This document shows, one piece after another, positions 30,643 through 39,871 of a stretch of 64,000 bases of DNA. Under the pieces are notes generated by a model. It did no database searches. It had not been told where the DNA came from and was given only the letters and a program-made list of their open reading frames with translations. The translations under genes and the position numbers were made by a program. The DNA is from Candidatus Latescibacterota bacterium (GTDB lineage: Bacteria; Krumholzibacteriota; Krumholzibacteriia; WVZY01): NCBI GenBank assembly GCA_963791045.1, contig CAWBQK010000006.1, positions 320,001-384,000 of the forward strand, given 5' to 3'. Positions within the stretch are counted from its first letter, which is position 1; every line of letters starts with the position of its first letter.

Positions 30643-30689
30643 ACACAAGATATTGTGTAGCATCTTCATCCAAGCACAGCATCCTGTGG
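30643..30689. promoter_or_regulatory. Tandem NrdR-box-like operators
   Basis: ACACAAGATATTGTGT (30643-30658, 15/16 to acaCwAtATaTwGtgt) and GCACAGCATCCTGTGG (30674-30689, 10/16), starts 31 bp apart, directly after -10. Confidence 0.65.
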
Positions 30690-30744
30690 CTCCCCAATTG
30701 GTGTTTTTAGACCGTTTTGCGCCATTTACCATGAGGAGAGTGTC

Positions 30745-30927
30745 ATGGGTAAGCCCGAAAAAGCGAACTTGTTGACCAAAGATAAAGAATATGTAAAGTA
30801 CGTTCAGCTTTTGCGGCGAGCGGAGATGGATGGTCGTTTGGATGGGAAGTACACATGCAGACTCTGTGGAATGAAGTTCCACACGAGAGAACAGAGTGAA
30901 GCATGTTGCAAGATTCCGGTCGCTTAG
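30745..30927 (+). CDS. Small Zn-finger-like protein (60 aa)
   Basis: RBS GAGGAG; YTCRLCGMKFHTREQSEACC (C-x2-C-x12-C-C). Confidence 0.7.
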   Translation: MGKPEKANLLTKDKEYVKYVQLLRRAEMDGRLDGKYTCRLCGMKFHTREQSEACCKIPVA

Positions 30928-30943
30928 AATCGGGTGAGCATCG

Positions 30944-31348
30944 ATGCCAGGAACAAAGACGAATATAATCAACCAATACTGTTCCGTATGCAAAGACCAC
31001 TTCGATATGGAAGTGGTCAAGCAGGGAAGCAGTAAGGGTGTGATTTGGTTGAAATGTCCGGGATGCCAGGGCTTCTTGCCCTACATGTCGGACGAGAACG
31101 AGGAGCCCTCGGATCGCGACGGCCAGCAGGGTGCGGGTAACGAACTCGCGCTCGAAGATCTGGATATCGAAACTGCGAAAGAGTACTCGGAATCCCAGAT
31201 CTACGATGTTGGCGATATCATCCATCACCGCTCATGGAACGACTTTGGGAAGATAATTTCCAAAGAGACGTTGCCCGGGAATCGCAGGACGATTTGTGTT
31301 CAGTTTCTGAGACAGGGAAAAATTCAGCTTCTCGAAGGGGTGGCATAG
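30944..31348 (+). CDS. Zn-ribbon protein with acidic linker and C-terminal Tudor/KOW-like domain
   Basis: CSVC...CPGC; YDVGDIIHHRSWNDFGKI...VQF. Confidence 0.75.
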   Translation: MPGTKTNIINQYCSVCKDHFDMEVVKQGSSKGVIWLKCPGCQGFLPYMSDENEEPSDRDGQQGAGNELALEDLDIETAKEYSESQIYDVGDIIHHRSWNDFGKIISKETLPGNRRTICVQFLRQGKIQLLEGVA

Positions 31349-31385
31349 GAACAGTCTTCTATAGTCTTCTTTCGAAGCCCCGGTT

Positions 31386-32199
31386 TTGGCCCGGCGTAAG
31401 GAACAGGTTTCTCCTTGCGGCCGGGTTATTGTCTTTAATAACGGCTTCCCCTGCCTATGCGATCGGCCCGTTCGAAGACGTCGCGCGATTGTCGACATTT
31501 TTGAGGTCGCCGCAGCGAGGGACCATCTCGAGCTCGATAACGCGGGCGAACGCGCAGGGCGAAGCCTCCTCCTTTTTCTGGCTCGCCGGCCAGGTCCCCG
31601 TCCGATCCAACTTCTTTTTGCAGGTAGATGTTCCGTATATATCCGTTGCGCGTGGCGAAGACATTGAGGATGGTTTTGGTGACATCAATGTTCTGGCCAG
31701 GGTCCGGGCCTGGGAAGGAAACCGGAAGCGGCTTTTCCTCATGGGGACATTCAGGCTCGGTTCGGGGTCTGCGTCTCTTTTTCCGTATTCGACGGCGAGC
31801 TCGGATGTCGAAATCGGACTGGCTTTCGTCGATTCCGTGGGGACGGTGTCAGGGATGGGTGGTTTGGAACCCCTCCGTTCGATCTCCTATTGGATGAATT
31901 TGTCAGCTTCTTATATTGTTCGACTCAACGACAGGCTCGACGAGGCCGAGCTTCACGGCGACCATCTCGATTTTGGCGGAGGCGTCATTTATCCGCTGAC
32001 ACACCGGATAGAAATCGAAGCAGGAGGAATGGGCCTGTTTTTCAAGTCGGGAGCGGTGCGCGAAATCTACTATGGCCAGGTTGTGGGTCGATTCTCCCCG
32101 TCCATCGACTTGTTCTTAACCATTCAGGCCGAACGCGGTAAATGGCAGGATCGCGCCATCGACGGCTCTGTTTCCATCGGCATGTTGGTGTCTTTGTAA
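31386..32199 (+). CDS. Putative outer-membrane beta-barrel protein; start uncertain
   Basis: Signal peptide RNRFLLAAGLLSLITASPAYA, DVPY...GFGDI motif, amphipathic strands; TTG31386 is one base out of frame (possible +1 error). Confidence 0.6.
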
Positions 32200-32396
32200 C
32201 CGCCCTCCTTATTGGAATTCCCGCTCAAAGTTGATACAACCCGTTTGCAGTTTGCCGACGCCGAATCATTTTGCGGAGTTGCCGGAAAAACCGGCGCGTT
32301 CCCGACGGTTTCTTTTTGCGGTCTTTGAGGTGTTATTCAAGCCGGGTCTTTCTCGCGGTAAGCCTCGATTTCACCCGTAAATACGGGGTTTTTCCG

Positions 32397-32411
32397 TGGC
32401 ACGGAGATTGC
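32397..32411 (+). promoter_or_regulatory. Sigma54 (-24/-12) promoter
   Basis: TGGCACG-GAGA-TTGC, exact consensus and spacing. Confidence 0.75.
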
Positions 32412-32515
32412 CTTGAGATGTTTCAGCAAGCACCCTCTCGCTCGCAGGTATACAACATGATGGTCTTAGCAGCGGGTTCCCGGACCGGCAAAAGGGGAAT
32501 CGGCGCGGAGGGAAG

Positions 32516-33940
32516 ATGAGGACAGTTTTTGTGGTCGATGACGACCTTTTGATGCGCGAGACCCTGACTCGGCTCCTGCAACGAAATGAGTACCGGGTAC
32601 GGTCTTTTCCGTCGCCCTCTCACGCACTCCCCTTGATTGACCTGGGTTATCCAGACGCAATTGTAACGGATCATCAAATGCCCGGGATGACCGGGGTCGG
32701 GTTCGCCCGTTGTTTGAAAGAACGGAATCTCGCGATTCCGATGCTGATGGTTACGGGAAGCTCCAGCCTCGAATTCGAAGAAGAAGCCCGGTGCGCCGGT
32801 GTGGTCCAGGTTTTCAAAAAGCCATTGAAAGACACACGCGGTCTGGTCTTCTCGCTCGAGCGTGCCATAGCGGATCACGACGAAACGTCGAGAAACGCCG
32901 GGTTGGACCATCTGCGCATGAGTTTTTTGACGGGGCTTGCCCATGAACTTCGCACTCCTCTTACCGCGATAAAACTCGCGTTGGACAATCTGTTCACCAC
33001 GCATGCTTCGGATGTTCCGGCGCCCCAGGAAAAACTCGTCGCGATCGGACAGAGAAACATCGACAGGATAATCCAGCTGGTCGAGGGACAACTCGACCTG
33101 CTGCAGATCACACTAGGCGACGTGTCGGTGAGTCGCCGTTGTGTGGATCTGCGCGATGCGCTCGAACGTGCCGTCGGCGATACGCCGCCGGGTGTCAGGC
33201 GACTGGTCGAGATCGACGGCGAACGTATTTTTATGTTCACGGATCCGGATCGTCTGGGCGCCGCGGTGAGATACGTCCTTGAGAGGGGCTCGTTCAATCG
33301 TAACGAGCCGGTCCGAGTCCGTTTCGCAACGGACGACGATGGCTACGGTGTTGAGATCGAGTTCGAAAATACCAGCATCGCGGGGATTCTAGGCCCCGAC
33401 ACGACCGCGGGACTAACCTGTGGAACCGGAAACGCGCCCGCGGCGGCCCCGGATGAGTGTTTTGAAACCCGAGCGTTCCACCGCATCGTCGCGTCGCTTT
33501 CGGGCGAATTCCAGCTCGAAAGCGGCCGGACCGGTGAGCGTATCCGTCTCCGTTTTCCTCTGCGGCCCCGGTACGAGCACCGGGAAGACTTCTTGCTGCC
33601 CGTCAACGGGCTTCGCGAAGCGGCGATGCTCAGCGGAAAGACGATATCGTTGGTCGAGTGCGTCGTCGACTCCGGCGGCCAGGACGACCCGGTCTTTTCG
33701 CCCGCCGAGCGAGATCTGTTCGAGCGTTCGCGTTCGGTGCTTTCGGATGGTGATGTGCTGGTTCGAGGCCGCGCCGAGCAATCATACTGTCTGGCTCTCG
33801 TCGACCGGTGCGCCGATGATCTCGATCGCATTGCCGATTTTCTCTCCAATTGTTCACACGTTGAAATCATTACCGGCACGCCCGCCCCGGAGTCAATCGA
33901 GGGACGGCGCGCCGCCACAGACCTGGAGCCCGTAGCTTAA
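32516..33940 (+). CDS. REC-HisKA hybrid signalling protein with degenerate ATPase domain
   Basis: VVDDD, TDHQMPG, KKP; AHELRTPL; no recognisable N/G1/G2 boxes. Confidence 0.8.
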   Translation: MRTVFVVDDDLLMRETLTRLLQRNEYRVRSFPSPSHALPLIDLGYPDAIVTDHQMPGMTGVGFARCLKERNLAIPMLMVTGSSSLEFEEEARCAGVVQVFKKPLKDTRGLVFSLERAIADHDETSRNAGLDHLRMSFLTGLAHELRTPLTAIKLALDNLFTTHASDVPAPQEKLVAIGQRNIDRIIQLVEGQLDLLQITLGDVSVSRRCVDLRDALERAVGDTPPGVRRLVEIDGERIFMFTDPDRLGAAVRYVLERGSFNRNEPVRVRFATDDDGYGVEIEFENTSIAGILGPDTTAGLTCGTGNAPAAAPDECFETRAFHRIVASLSGEFQLESGRTGERIRLRFPLRPRYEHREDFLLPVNGLREAAMLSGKTISLVECVVDSGGQDDPVFSPAERDLFERSRSVLSDGDVLVRGRAEQSYCLALVDRCADDLDRIADFLSNCSHVEIITGTPAPESIEGRRAATDLEPVA

Positions 33941-33979
33941 AACCCAAGCTCGTTTTCATTTACGCTATAAATTGTTGGG

Positions 33980-35446
33980 CTACGCTTTGCTTTCAAGAAG
34001 AGCCTTCATCTTGGACTTCTTCTTGTGCGTGGATGTGGGAGGTGACTGGGGATTCGTTGGGTTTATGCTCTTCTCTCTCTCCTCGAGATCGACAAGGATA
34101 ATACTTAGCGGGGTTTCGATCGTCGTCGGAACCGAGCGCGGCGGCTTGGTGAAAACAAAGTGTCCGTCGGACGCCGTTTCGACAATTTTTCTCAAGGCGT
34201 CTGCGCCCTCGGTGTCGCCGCACGTGCAGTGATGCACCTCTCCGGATTCGAAGTACACACGGCCTTTGCCCGAATCGGCGTAAATTCTCAATACTCCAGT
34301 GCGGCCCTGGGAATTGATCATGGTCAAAACGTCGCGGATTTTGAACTGGTTGAGTCTGCCCGAAAGCGATTGATGTGGCTCGAACCCACGGACAATCATG
34401 TAAGTGAGTGGAGAACCGAAGATTACAAGAACGGCGAGTGCGAGAAGCAACACGTTGAGATGCCGCCGCAGAGTATGAACGACTCCGTCGGCGACGCCGG
34501 ATACGCGCGCCGCTCCCGCCTTGACGAAAGCAGTGAACCGGTTTGGATCATCGCCGCCCATCGCGGGAGCTCCTGGTTGAGCGCCGCCCTCGGTCAGCAT
34601 TAGAAACTGCTGCCTGGCCCAGTCGTGGTCGGGGTCGCGCGCAAGAATCTTGCTGAGCAAAGCGAGAACCTGGTTTCTGTCTCCTGTTGTTCCCGATTCC
34701 ATTAAGACTCTTGCCTCGCGGGCAAGTTTGCCGATTTCGCTCTTCTTCTTTATTGCGAGCGCGTCCGTCCGCAACGCAAAGTAACGATCTTCTTTTACAA
34801 GAACGAGCGCCTTTTCGATCTCCGCGACCGCACCGTCAGGGTCATCAAGCGCGAGGTGGCATCGAGCCTTGCGGTAATGAAGGTCCGCATTTTCGGGTTG
34901 GGTTGTCAGAAGAACGGATAGCTTGGGTAAAGCCTCGGTATAAGCGTTCCGGGCGAGGAGAGAGTCAATATCCGCTTCGAGGTATGCCGACAGTTTCTGC
35001 GCAACATCGTTGCTCCTGTCAATGATCTCCTGGTCGTACGGTTTGAGGATGAGTGCGCGTGTCAGAAGACCCCGCGCATATTGAAGCTTGTCCGTCGCCT
35101 CGTAGATGATCGCCAACTCGAGCATCGCCGAGAGATGGTTTGGCTCTCGGATGAGCGCCGCCTTGTAAAGCATCTCGGCCAGGGGATAATTGTCCGCCAG
35201 AAACATCTCCCGGGCGCTCTCTACCAATTCGTCCGCCGTCGCGGTCGTGTCGAATTCCAATGCGGAGAAAACCTTCACTGACGGCGATTCGGGTTTGGCG
35301 GTGATATACCCGTATACCGGCCCCATATCGGGGGGCACCTGTGCGCGGACGGTCCCCGACAACAGAGTAATCGCGAGACAAACCGCGAAGATGGCGTATG
35401 TGGACATGGAGGTTCTCATCGTGGGTGGATATGTCGCAACATCCAT
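33980..35446 (-). CDS. Membrane-anchored TPR protein with cytoplasmic DUF4388 domain
   Basis: Signal peptide, TPR-like repeats, one TM helix, LSGRLNQFKIRDVL..RTGVL..VYFESG..G.F.F; start may be 35419. Confidence 0.8.
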   Translation of the reverse strand: MDVATYPPTMRTSMSTYAIFAVCLAITLLSGTVRAQVPPDMGPVYGYITAKPESPSVKVFSALEFDTTATADELVESAREMFLADNYPLAEMLYKAALIREPNHLSAMLELAIIYEATDKLQYARGLLTRALILKPYDQEIIDRSNDVAQKLSAYLEADIDSLLARNAYTEALPKLSVLLTTQPENADLHYRKARCHLALDDPDGAVAEIEKALVLVKEDRYFALRTDALAIKKKSEIGKLAREARVLMESGTTGDRNQVLALLSKILARDPDHDWARQQFLMLTEGGAQPGAPAMGGDDPNRFTAFVKAGAARVSGVADGVVHTLRRHLNVLLLALAVLVIFGSPLTYMIVRGFEPHQSLSGRLNQFKIRDVLTMINSQGRTGVLRIYADSGKGRVYFESGEVHHCTCGDTEGADALRKIVETASDGHFVFTKPPRSVPTTIETPLSIILVDLEEREKSINPTNPQSPPTSTHKKKSKMKALLESKA

Positions 35447-35546
35447 ACCAGACCCACCGAAAAAGAAATCGATTATATGATTCTATTACAGTAGGTTATG
35501 GTCAGGGAGTTCGGTGAGTTTCTGATCCCGGCGTCAAAATGCGATT

Positions 35547-36119
35547 TTACAGCTCCAGATCGTCCGAGATTTCCTGCATCGCCGCGATCACATTCCCGAT
35601 GTGCGTGCTGAGCTCCACCCCAATGAGTTCGGCGCCCTCGTTGATTTCCTCCCGATTGACGGCTCGTGCGAAACTCTTGTCTTTGAGCTTTTTCTTGACC
35701 GATTTGACCGTCACATCAGCAATCTTTTTGGATGGCCGGACAAGCGTGACCGCCGTCACCATCCCGCAGAGTTCATCGACGGCGAAGAGGGTTTTTTCGA
35801 GCGTTGTGTCTCGCGAGACGTTGGTGTGGCTTGCGTGGGAAAGAACGGCCTTTATCAAAGATTCGTCATAGCCGCGCTCGCGGAGGATCTCAGCCCCCTT
35901 GAAGGGATGGTCCTCGAGCGTCGGGAATTTCTCGTAATCGAAGTCGTGGATGAGGCCGATGACGCCCCAGAGCTCCTCGTCCTCGGCGTTGAGCCTGGCG
36001 TAGTAACGCATCGCCGCCTCGACGGAGAGTCCGTGTTTGATGAGATTCTCATTCTTCGTGTATTCTCTGAGCAGGGCCATGGCCTCGCCGCGATCGGGGA
36101 TGTTCACGGTTCTCTCCAT
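35547..36119 (-). CDS. HDIG-domain metal-dependent phosphohydrolase
   Basis: LIKH..VEAAM, GLIHDFDYE, H..KGAEIL, VDELCG, LVRPSK, FARAVNRE. Confidence 0.9.
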   Translation of the reverse strand: MERTVNIPDRGEAMALLREYTKNENLIKHGLSVEAAMRYYARLNAEDEELWGVIGLIHDFDYEKFPTLEDHPFKGAEILRERGYDESLIKAVLSHASHTNVSRDTTLEKTLFAVDELCGMVTAVTLVRPSKKIADVTVKSVKKKLKDKSFARAVNREEINEGAELIGVELSTHIGNVIAAMQEISDDLEL

Positions 36120-36230
36120 TGAGGGGGTTCGAGTTTGCGTTGCAAAAGCGTATCTTCTATATTTTAAGCCTGTTTGAGCCCCAAGCGTCAATAGCCGATC
36201 GGCGAGAAAACTCGCGATAGAAATCAGATT

Positions 36231-38015
36231 ATGACCGACGACCCAAAGGCAAAAAGAAAACAAGCCATTCGCGTGGTGCGCGGGTATCTCATGCGATACC
36301 GGGCCCGGCTGGTGTCGGGAGCGCTTTGTCTTGTTTTGACGAACGCTCTGCTGCTCGCCAACCCATGGATACTCAAAATGGCGATCGATCAGCTCGAGGT
36401 GGGTATTCCGCGCGAGCGCCTCGCCCAGCTCGCCGGTATGTTCGTCGCCGTTACGGTTGTCAGCGGTCTTTTCCGCTTTCTGATGAGACGTGTAATCATC
36501 GGCGTGTCGCGAAAGATAGAGTACGACATGCGGGGTGATTTCTTCTCGCATCTCGAAAAGCTCAGCTCCTCTTTTTACAACAAAAATAGAACCGGCGATC
36601 TGATGGCGCTCGCGACAAACGATCTCAACGCTGTCCGCGCGCTCGTCGGTCCCGGTGTGATGTACTCGATGAATACCGTGGTTGTCGGTAGTCTCGCTCT
36701 GTCGCTGATGATCGTGTTGTCCTGGAAGCTCACGGTGGTCGCGCTCCTCCCGCTTGTGATCCTCGCCGTGGGGATGTATTACAGCATGAAACTTATTCAC
36801 CAGTACTTCGAGCGCGTCCAAAAAAGATTTGGCGATCTCAATTCCCGCGCCCAGGAGAATCTCTCGGGGATCCGGGTCATCCGGACCTATGCGAGGGAGG
36901 CCAACGAGATCCGGGAGTTCGAAGAGCAGAGCCAGGTGTATGTGAAAGCAAACATGAAGCTCTACAAGGTGCAGAGTCTTCTCTCTCCTCTTCTAACCAG
37001 CGTCGCCGGCCTCGGCGGGTTGTTTATTCTGGGGTACGGCGGCAAGCAGGTGATAGACGGGACGATTACACTGGGGACGTTCGTTGCTTTCAGCGGCTAT
37101 ATGACGATGTTAATTTGGCCGATGATAGCGCTGGGATGGGTGATGAATATCATGGAGAGGGGCCTGGCGTCGATGCAGCGGATAAACGTCGTCATGAACG
37201 CGGAACCTGATATCACGGATGCCGCCGTGGCCGAAGGAGACGCTCCCATCGAACCTCGTGACCGCTCGATCGTTTTCGACAATGTGTCGTTCGCCTACCA
37301 CACGGAATCAGGAAGGGCCCGTGTCCTCGAAAACCTCGACTTTAAAATCCAGGACGGGGAAACGGTCGCGGTTGTTGGGCCGACGGGATCGGGTAAATCG
37401 ACTCTTGTGTCGTTGATATTGAGGCTTTACGACCCTCAAGAGGGTCGTATTCTTGTCGGCGGCGTGCCCGTCACCGAAATTCCGCTCTCAAAGCTCCGGA
37501 CCCTGGTCGGCCTTATTCCGCAGGACATTTTCCTGTTCTCGGACACGATTGCAGAGAACATTTCGTTTGGCGTTGCATCGCTCGACAAGGGCGATCTCGA
37601 TCGTTTGAGCCGCGTTGCCGCGATGGACGGCGAGATAGAGGGTTTTCCGAAAAAGTTTGAGACGATGATCGGCGAGCGGGGCATCAATCTCTCGGGCGGG
37701 CAGAAACAAAGACTTGCCATTGCGCGCGCCGTAGCGAAGGACCCGGCGATCTTGATTCTTGACGATGCGCTTTCGAGCGTGGACACCGATACCGAGGAAA
37801 AGATCCTGTCATCGCTCCGCTCCGAAATGAAATCGAGAACGGCGATATTGATTTCACACCGGATATCGACGGTTCGCGAGGCGGACAGGATTCTTGTCCT
37901 GGACGAGGGTCGTCTGGTCGAGATGGGAACACACGAGGAGCTCATTGAGCGGCGCGGTCTCTACGCCGACATGTTTCACAAACAGCGGATAATGTACGAC
38001 CTCGAACACCAATAA
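36231..38015 (+). CDS. ABC exporter, fused TMD-NBD (heterodimer subunit 1)
   Basis: TMD plus GPTGSGKS, LSGGQKQR, ILDDALS. Confidence 0.93.
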   Translation: MTDDPKAKRKQAIRVVRGYLMRYRARLVSGALCLVLTNALLLANPWILKMAIDQLEVGIPRERLAQLAGMFVAVTVVSGLFRFLMRRVIIGVSRKIEYDMRGDFFSHLEKLSSSFYNKNRTGDLMALATNDLNAVRALVGPGVMYSMNTVVVGSLALSLMIVLSWKLTVVALLPLVILAVGMYYSMKLIHQYFERVQKRFGDLNSRAQENLSGIRVIRTYAREANEIREFEEQSQVYVKANMKLYKVQSLLSPLLTSVAGLGGLFILGYGGKQVIDGTITLGTFVAFSGYMTMLIWPMIALGWVMNIMERGLASMQRINVVMNAEPDITDAAVAEGDAPIEPRDRSIVFDNVSFAYHTESGRARVLENLDFKIQDGETVAVVGPTGSGKSTLVSLILRLYDPQEGRILVGGVPVTEIPLSKLRTLVGLIPQDIFLFSDTIAENISFGVASLDKGDLDRLSRVAAMDGEIEGFPKKFETMIGERGINLSGGQKQRLAIARAVAKDPAILILDDALSSVDTDTEEKILSSLRSEMKSRTAILISHRISTVREADRILVLDEGRLVEMGTHEELIERRGLYADMFHKQRIMYDLEHQ

Positions 38016-38033
38016 TAAAAAGGAACCTTCGGG

Positions 38034-39839
38034 TTGGATTTTTTTGACGAAGATGAAGTGCAGGCCAAGTCTTACGACGCGGCGCTGATGAGGCGAATCC
38101 TGGCGTATCTCAAGCCATACAAGAAGCTTGTGGCTGTGTGTATCGCTTTGCTCCTTCTCGTTTCGCTCTTTCAGCTCGCCCCGCCGTATCTCGTCAAGGT
38201 GGCGATTGACCGGTATATTTCGCCCATGTCCGAACTGGATGTGGGGGCGCGCTACGCGGGGCTGGCGAAAATCGTCGCGATCTTTTTTGGGATTCTGATG
38301 GTGGCATTTGTGTCCAGCTATCTCCAGATCTACGTCATGGCGTTTGTCGGCCAGCGCGTGATGTTTGATTTGAGGATGCAGATCTTCAAACATCTTCAGA
38401 AAAAAGAAGTCGCGTATTTCGACAAGAACCCGGTGGGACGTTTGATGACACGGCTTACGAGCGATGTCGAAGTTCTGAACGAGACATTTACGTCCGGTGT
38501 TGTGGCCATTTTCCTCGATGTGTTCACTTTGATCGGGATTATGGTCGTGTTGTGTTATCTCAATCTCAAGCTGGCGCTTATCACCTTTGTGGTTCTCCCG
38601 TTCCTGTTCGTCGCCGCGATGATTTTCAGACGCCGTGTCCGAACGAGTTACCGGTCGGTCCGCAAGCGAGTCGCGGCCATCAACGCGTTTCTCCAGGAGA
38701 ATATTACGGGGATGAGTGTGGTCCAGGTGTTCAACCGCGAGTCCGCGCAGTTCGACAAGTTCGGCGGACGCAACAAGGGGCTCTACCGTGCCCATATCGA
38801 CACCATCATGGCCTACGCGGTTTTCTTCCCCATGATCGAAATCTTGAGCTCCGTGGCGATCGCGTTGATCCTCTGGTACGGCGGGGGAGCCGTCTCTTCG
38901 GGTGCGATGACATTCGGCGCGTTGGTCGCCTTTATCCAGTACGCGCAGCGATTTTACAGGCCGATAAGCGATCTGAGCGAGAAGTACAACATCCTCCAGT
39001 CCGCGATGGCGTCATCAGAGCGGATTTTCGAACTCCTCGACACCGATCCAACGTTGCGGGATCCATCCGAACCCGCGACGATCCCGACATCACCCGCGCG
39101 GGTCGTATTTGACAACGTGAGTTTCTCCTACAACCCGGGAGAAGAGGTTCTGCACAATGTGAGCTTCACCGTCGAACCGGGCGAGAAGGTGGCAATCGTC
39201 GGATACACCGGATCGGGAAAAACCACGATCATAAATTTGCTCTCGCGACTCTACGATACCAGCGAGGGCCGAATACTGATCGACGACACGGATATTCGCG
39301 ATTTCGCCCAGCGGGATCTCCACAGGTACATCGCAACGGTGCTTCAGGATGTGTTTTTGTTTTCGGGTGACATCGCCTACAACATCCATCTCGGTGATTT
39401 GGAAATCAGCGACGAGCGCATCCGAGAGGTGTCGCGGTACATAAACGCGGAGAAGTTTATCGACAAATTGAGGGGAGGGTATGCCGAGAAAGTCGGCGAG
39501 CGCGGCCGCACCCTCTCGGTCGGGGAGAGACAGCTGCTATCCTTTGCCCGCGCCCTTGTTTACGAGCCTAAGATACTTGTCCTCGATGAGGCGACATCAA
39601 GTGTCGATACCGATACCGAATATCTTGTCCAGGACGCACTCAAGAAGTTCATGTCCGGTCGTACCTCGATCGTAATCGCACACCGCCTGTCGACAATCCG
39701 CCATGTCGACCGGATTATCGTTCTGCACAATGGGCAAATCGTCGAAGAGGGGAGCCATCGTGACCTGCTGGGCCGGGGTGGGCTCTATTCCAACCTCTAC
39801 GAACTCCAGTACAAGGATCAGGAGAAAAAGATTTCCTGA
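38034..39839 (+). CDS. ABC exporter, fused TMD-NBD (heterodimer subunit 2)
   Basis: TMD plus GYTGSGKT, LSVGERQ, VLDEATS, AHRLST. Confidence 0.93.
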   Translation: MDFFDEDEVQAKSYDAALMRRILAYLKPYKKLVAVCIALLLLVSLFQLAPPYLVKVAIDRYISPMSELDVGARYAGLAKIVAIFFGILMVAFVSSYLQIYVMAFVGQRVMFDLRMQIFKHLQKKEVAYFDKNPVGRLMTRLTSDVEVLNETFTSGVVAIFLDVFTLIGIMVVLCYLNLKLALITFVVLPFLFVAAMIFRRRVRTSYRSVRKRVAAINAFLQENITGMSVVQVFNRESAQFDKFGGRNKGLYRAHIDTIMAYAVFFPMIEILSSVAIALILWYGGGAVSSGAMTFGALVAFIQYAQRFYRPISDLSEKYNILQSAMASSERIFELLDTDPTLRDPSEPATIPTSPARVVFDNVSFSYNPGEEVLHNVSFTVEPGEKVAIVGYTGSGKTTIINLLSRLYDTSEGRILIDDTDIRDFAQRDLHRYIATVLQDVFLFSGDIAYNIHLGDLEISDERIREVSRYINAEKFIDKLRGGYAEKVGERGRTLSVGERQLLSFARALVYEPKILVLDEATSSVDTDTEYLVQDALKKFMSGRTSIVIAHRLSTIRHVDRIIVLHNGQIVEEGSHRDLLGRGGLYSNLYELQYKDQEKKIS

Positions 39840-39871
39840 CCTGTGGTGGCATTTGGTATCCTTACCCCCAA

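Noticed and set aside
35547-36821. 424-aa version of the HD protein
   Set aside because: The N-terminal extension overlaps the ABC gene on the opposite strand; family similarity begins at about 36119
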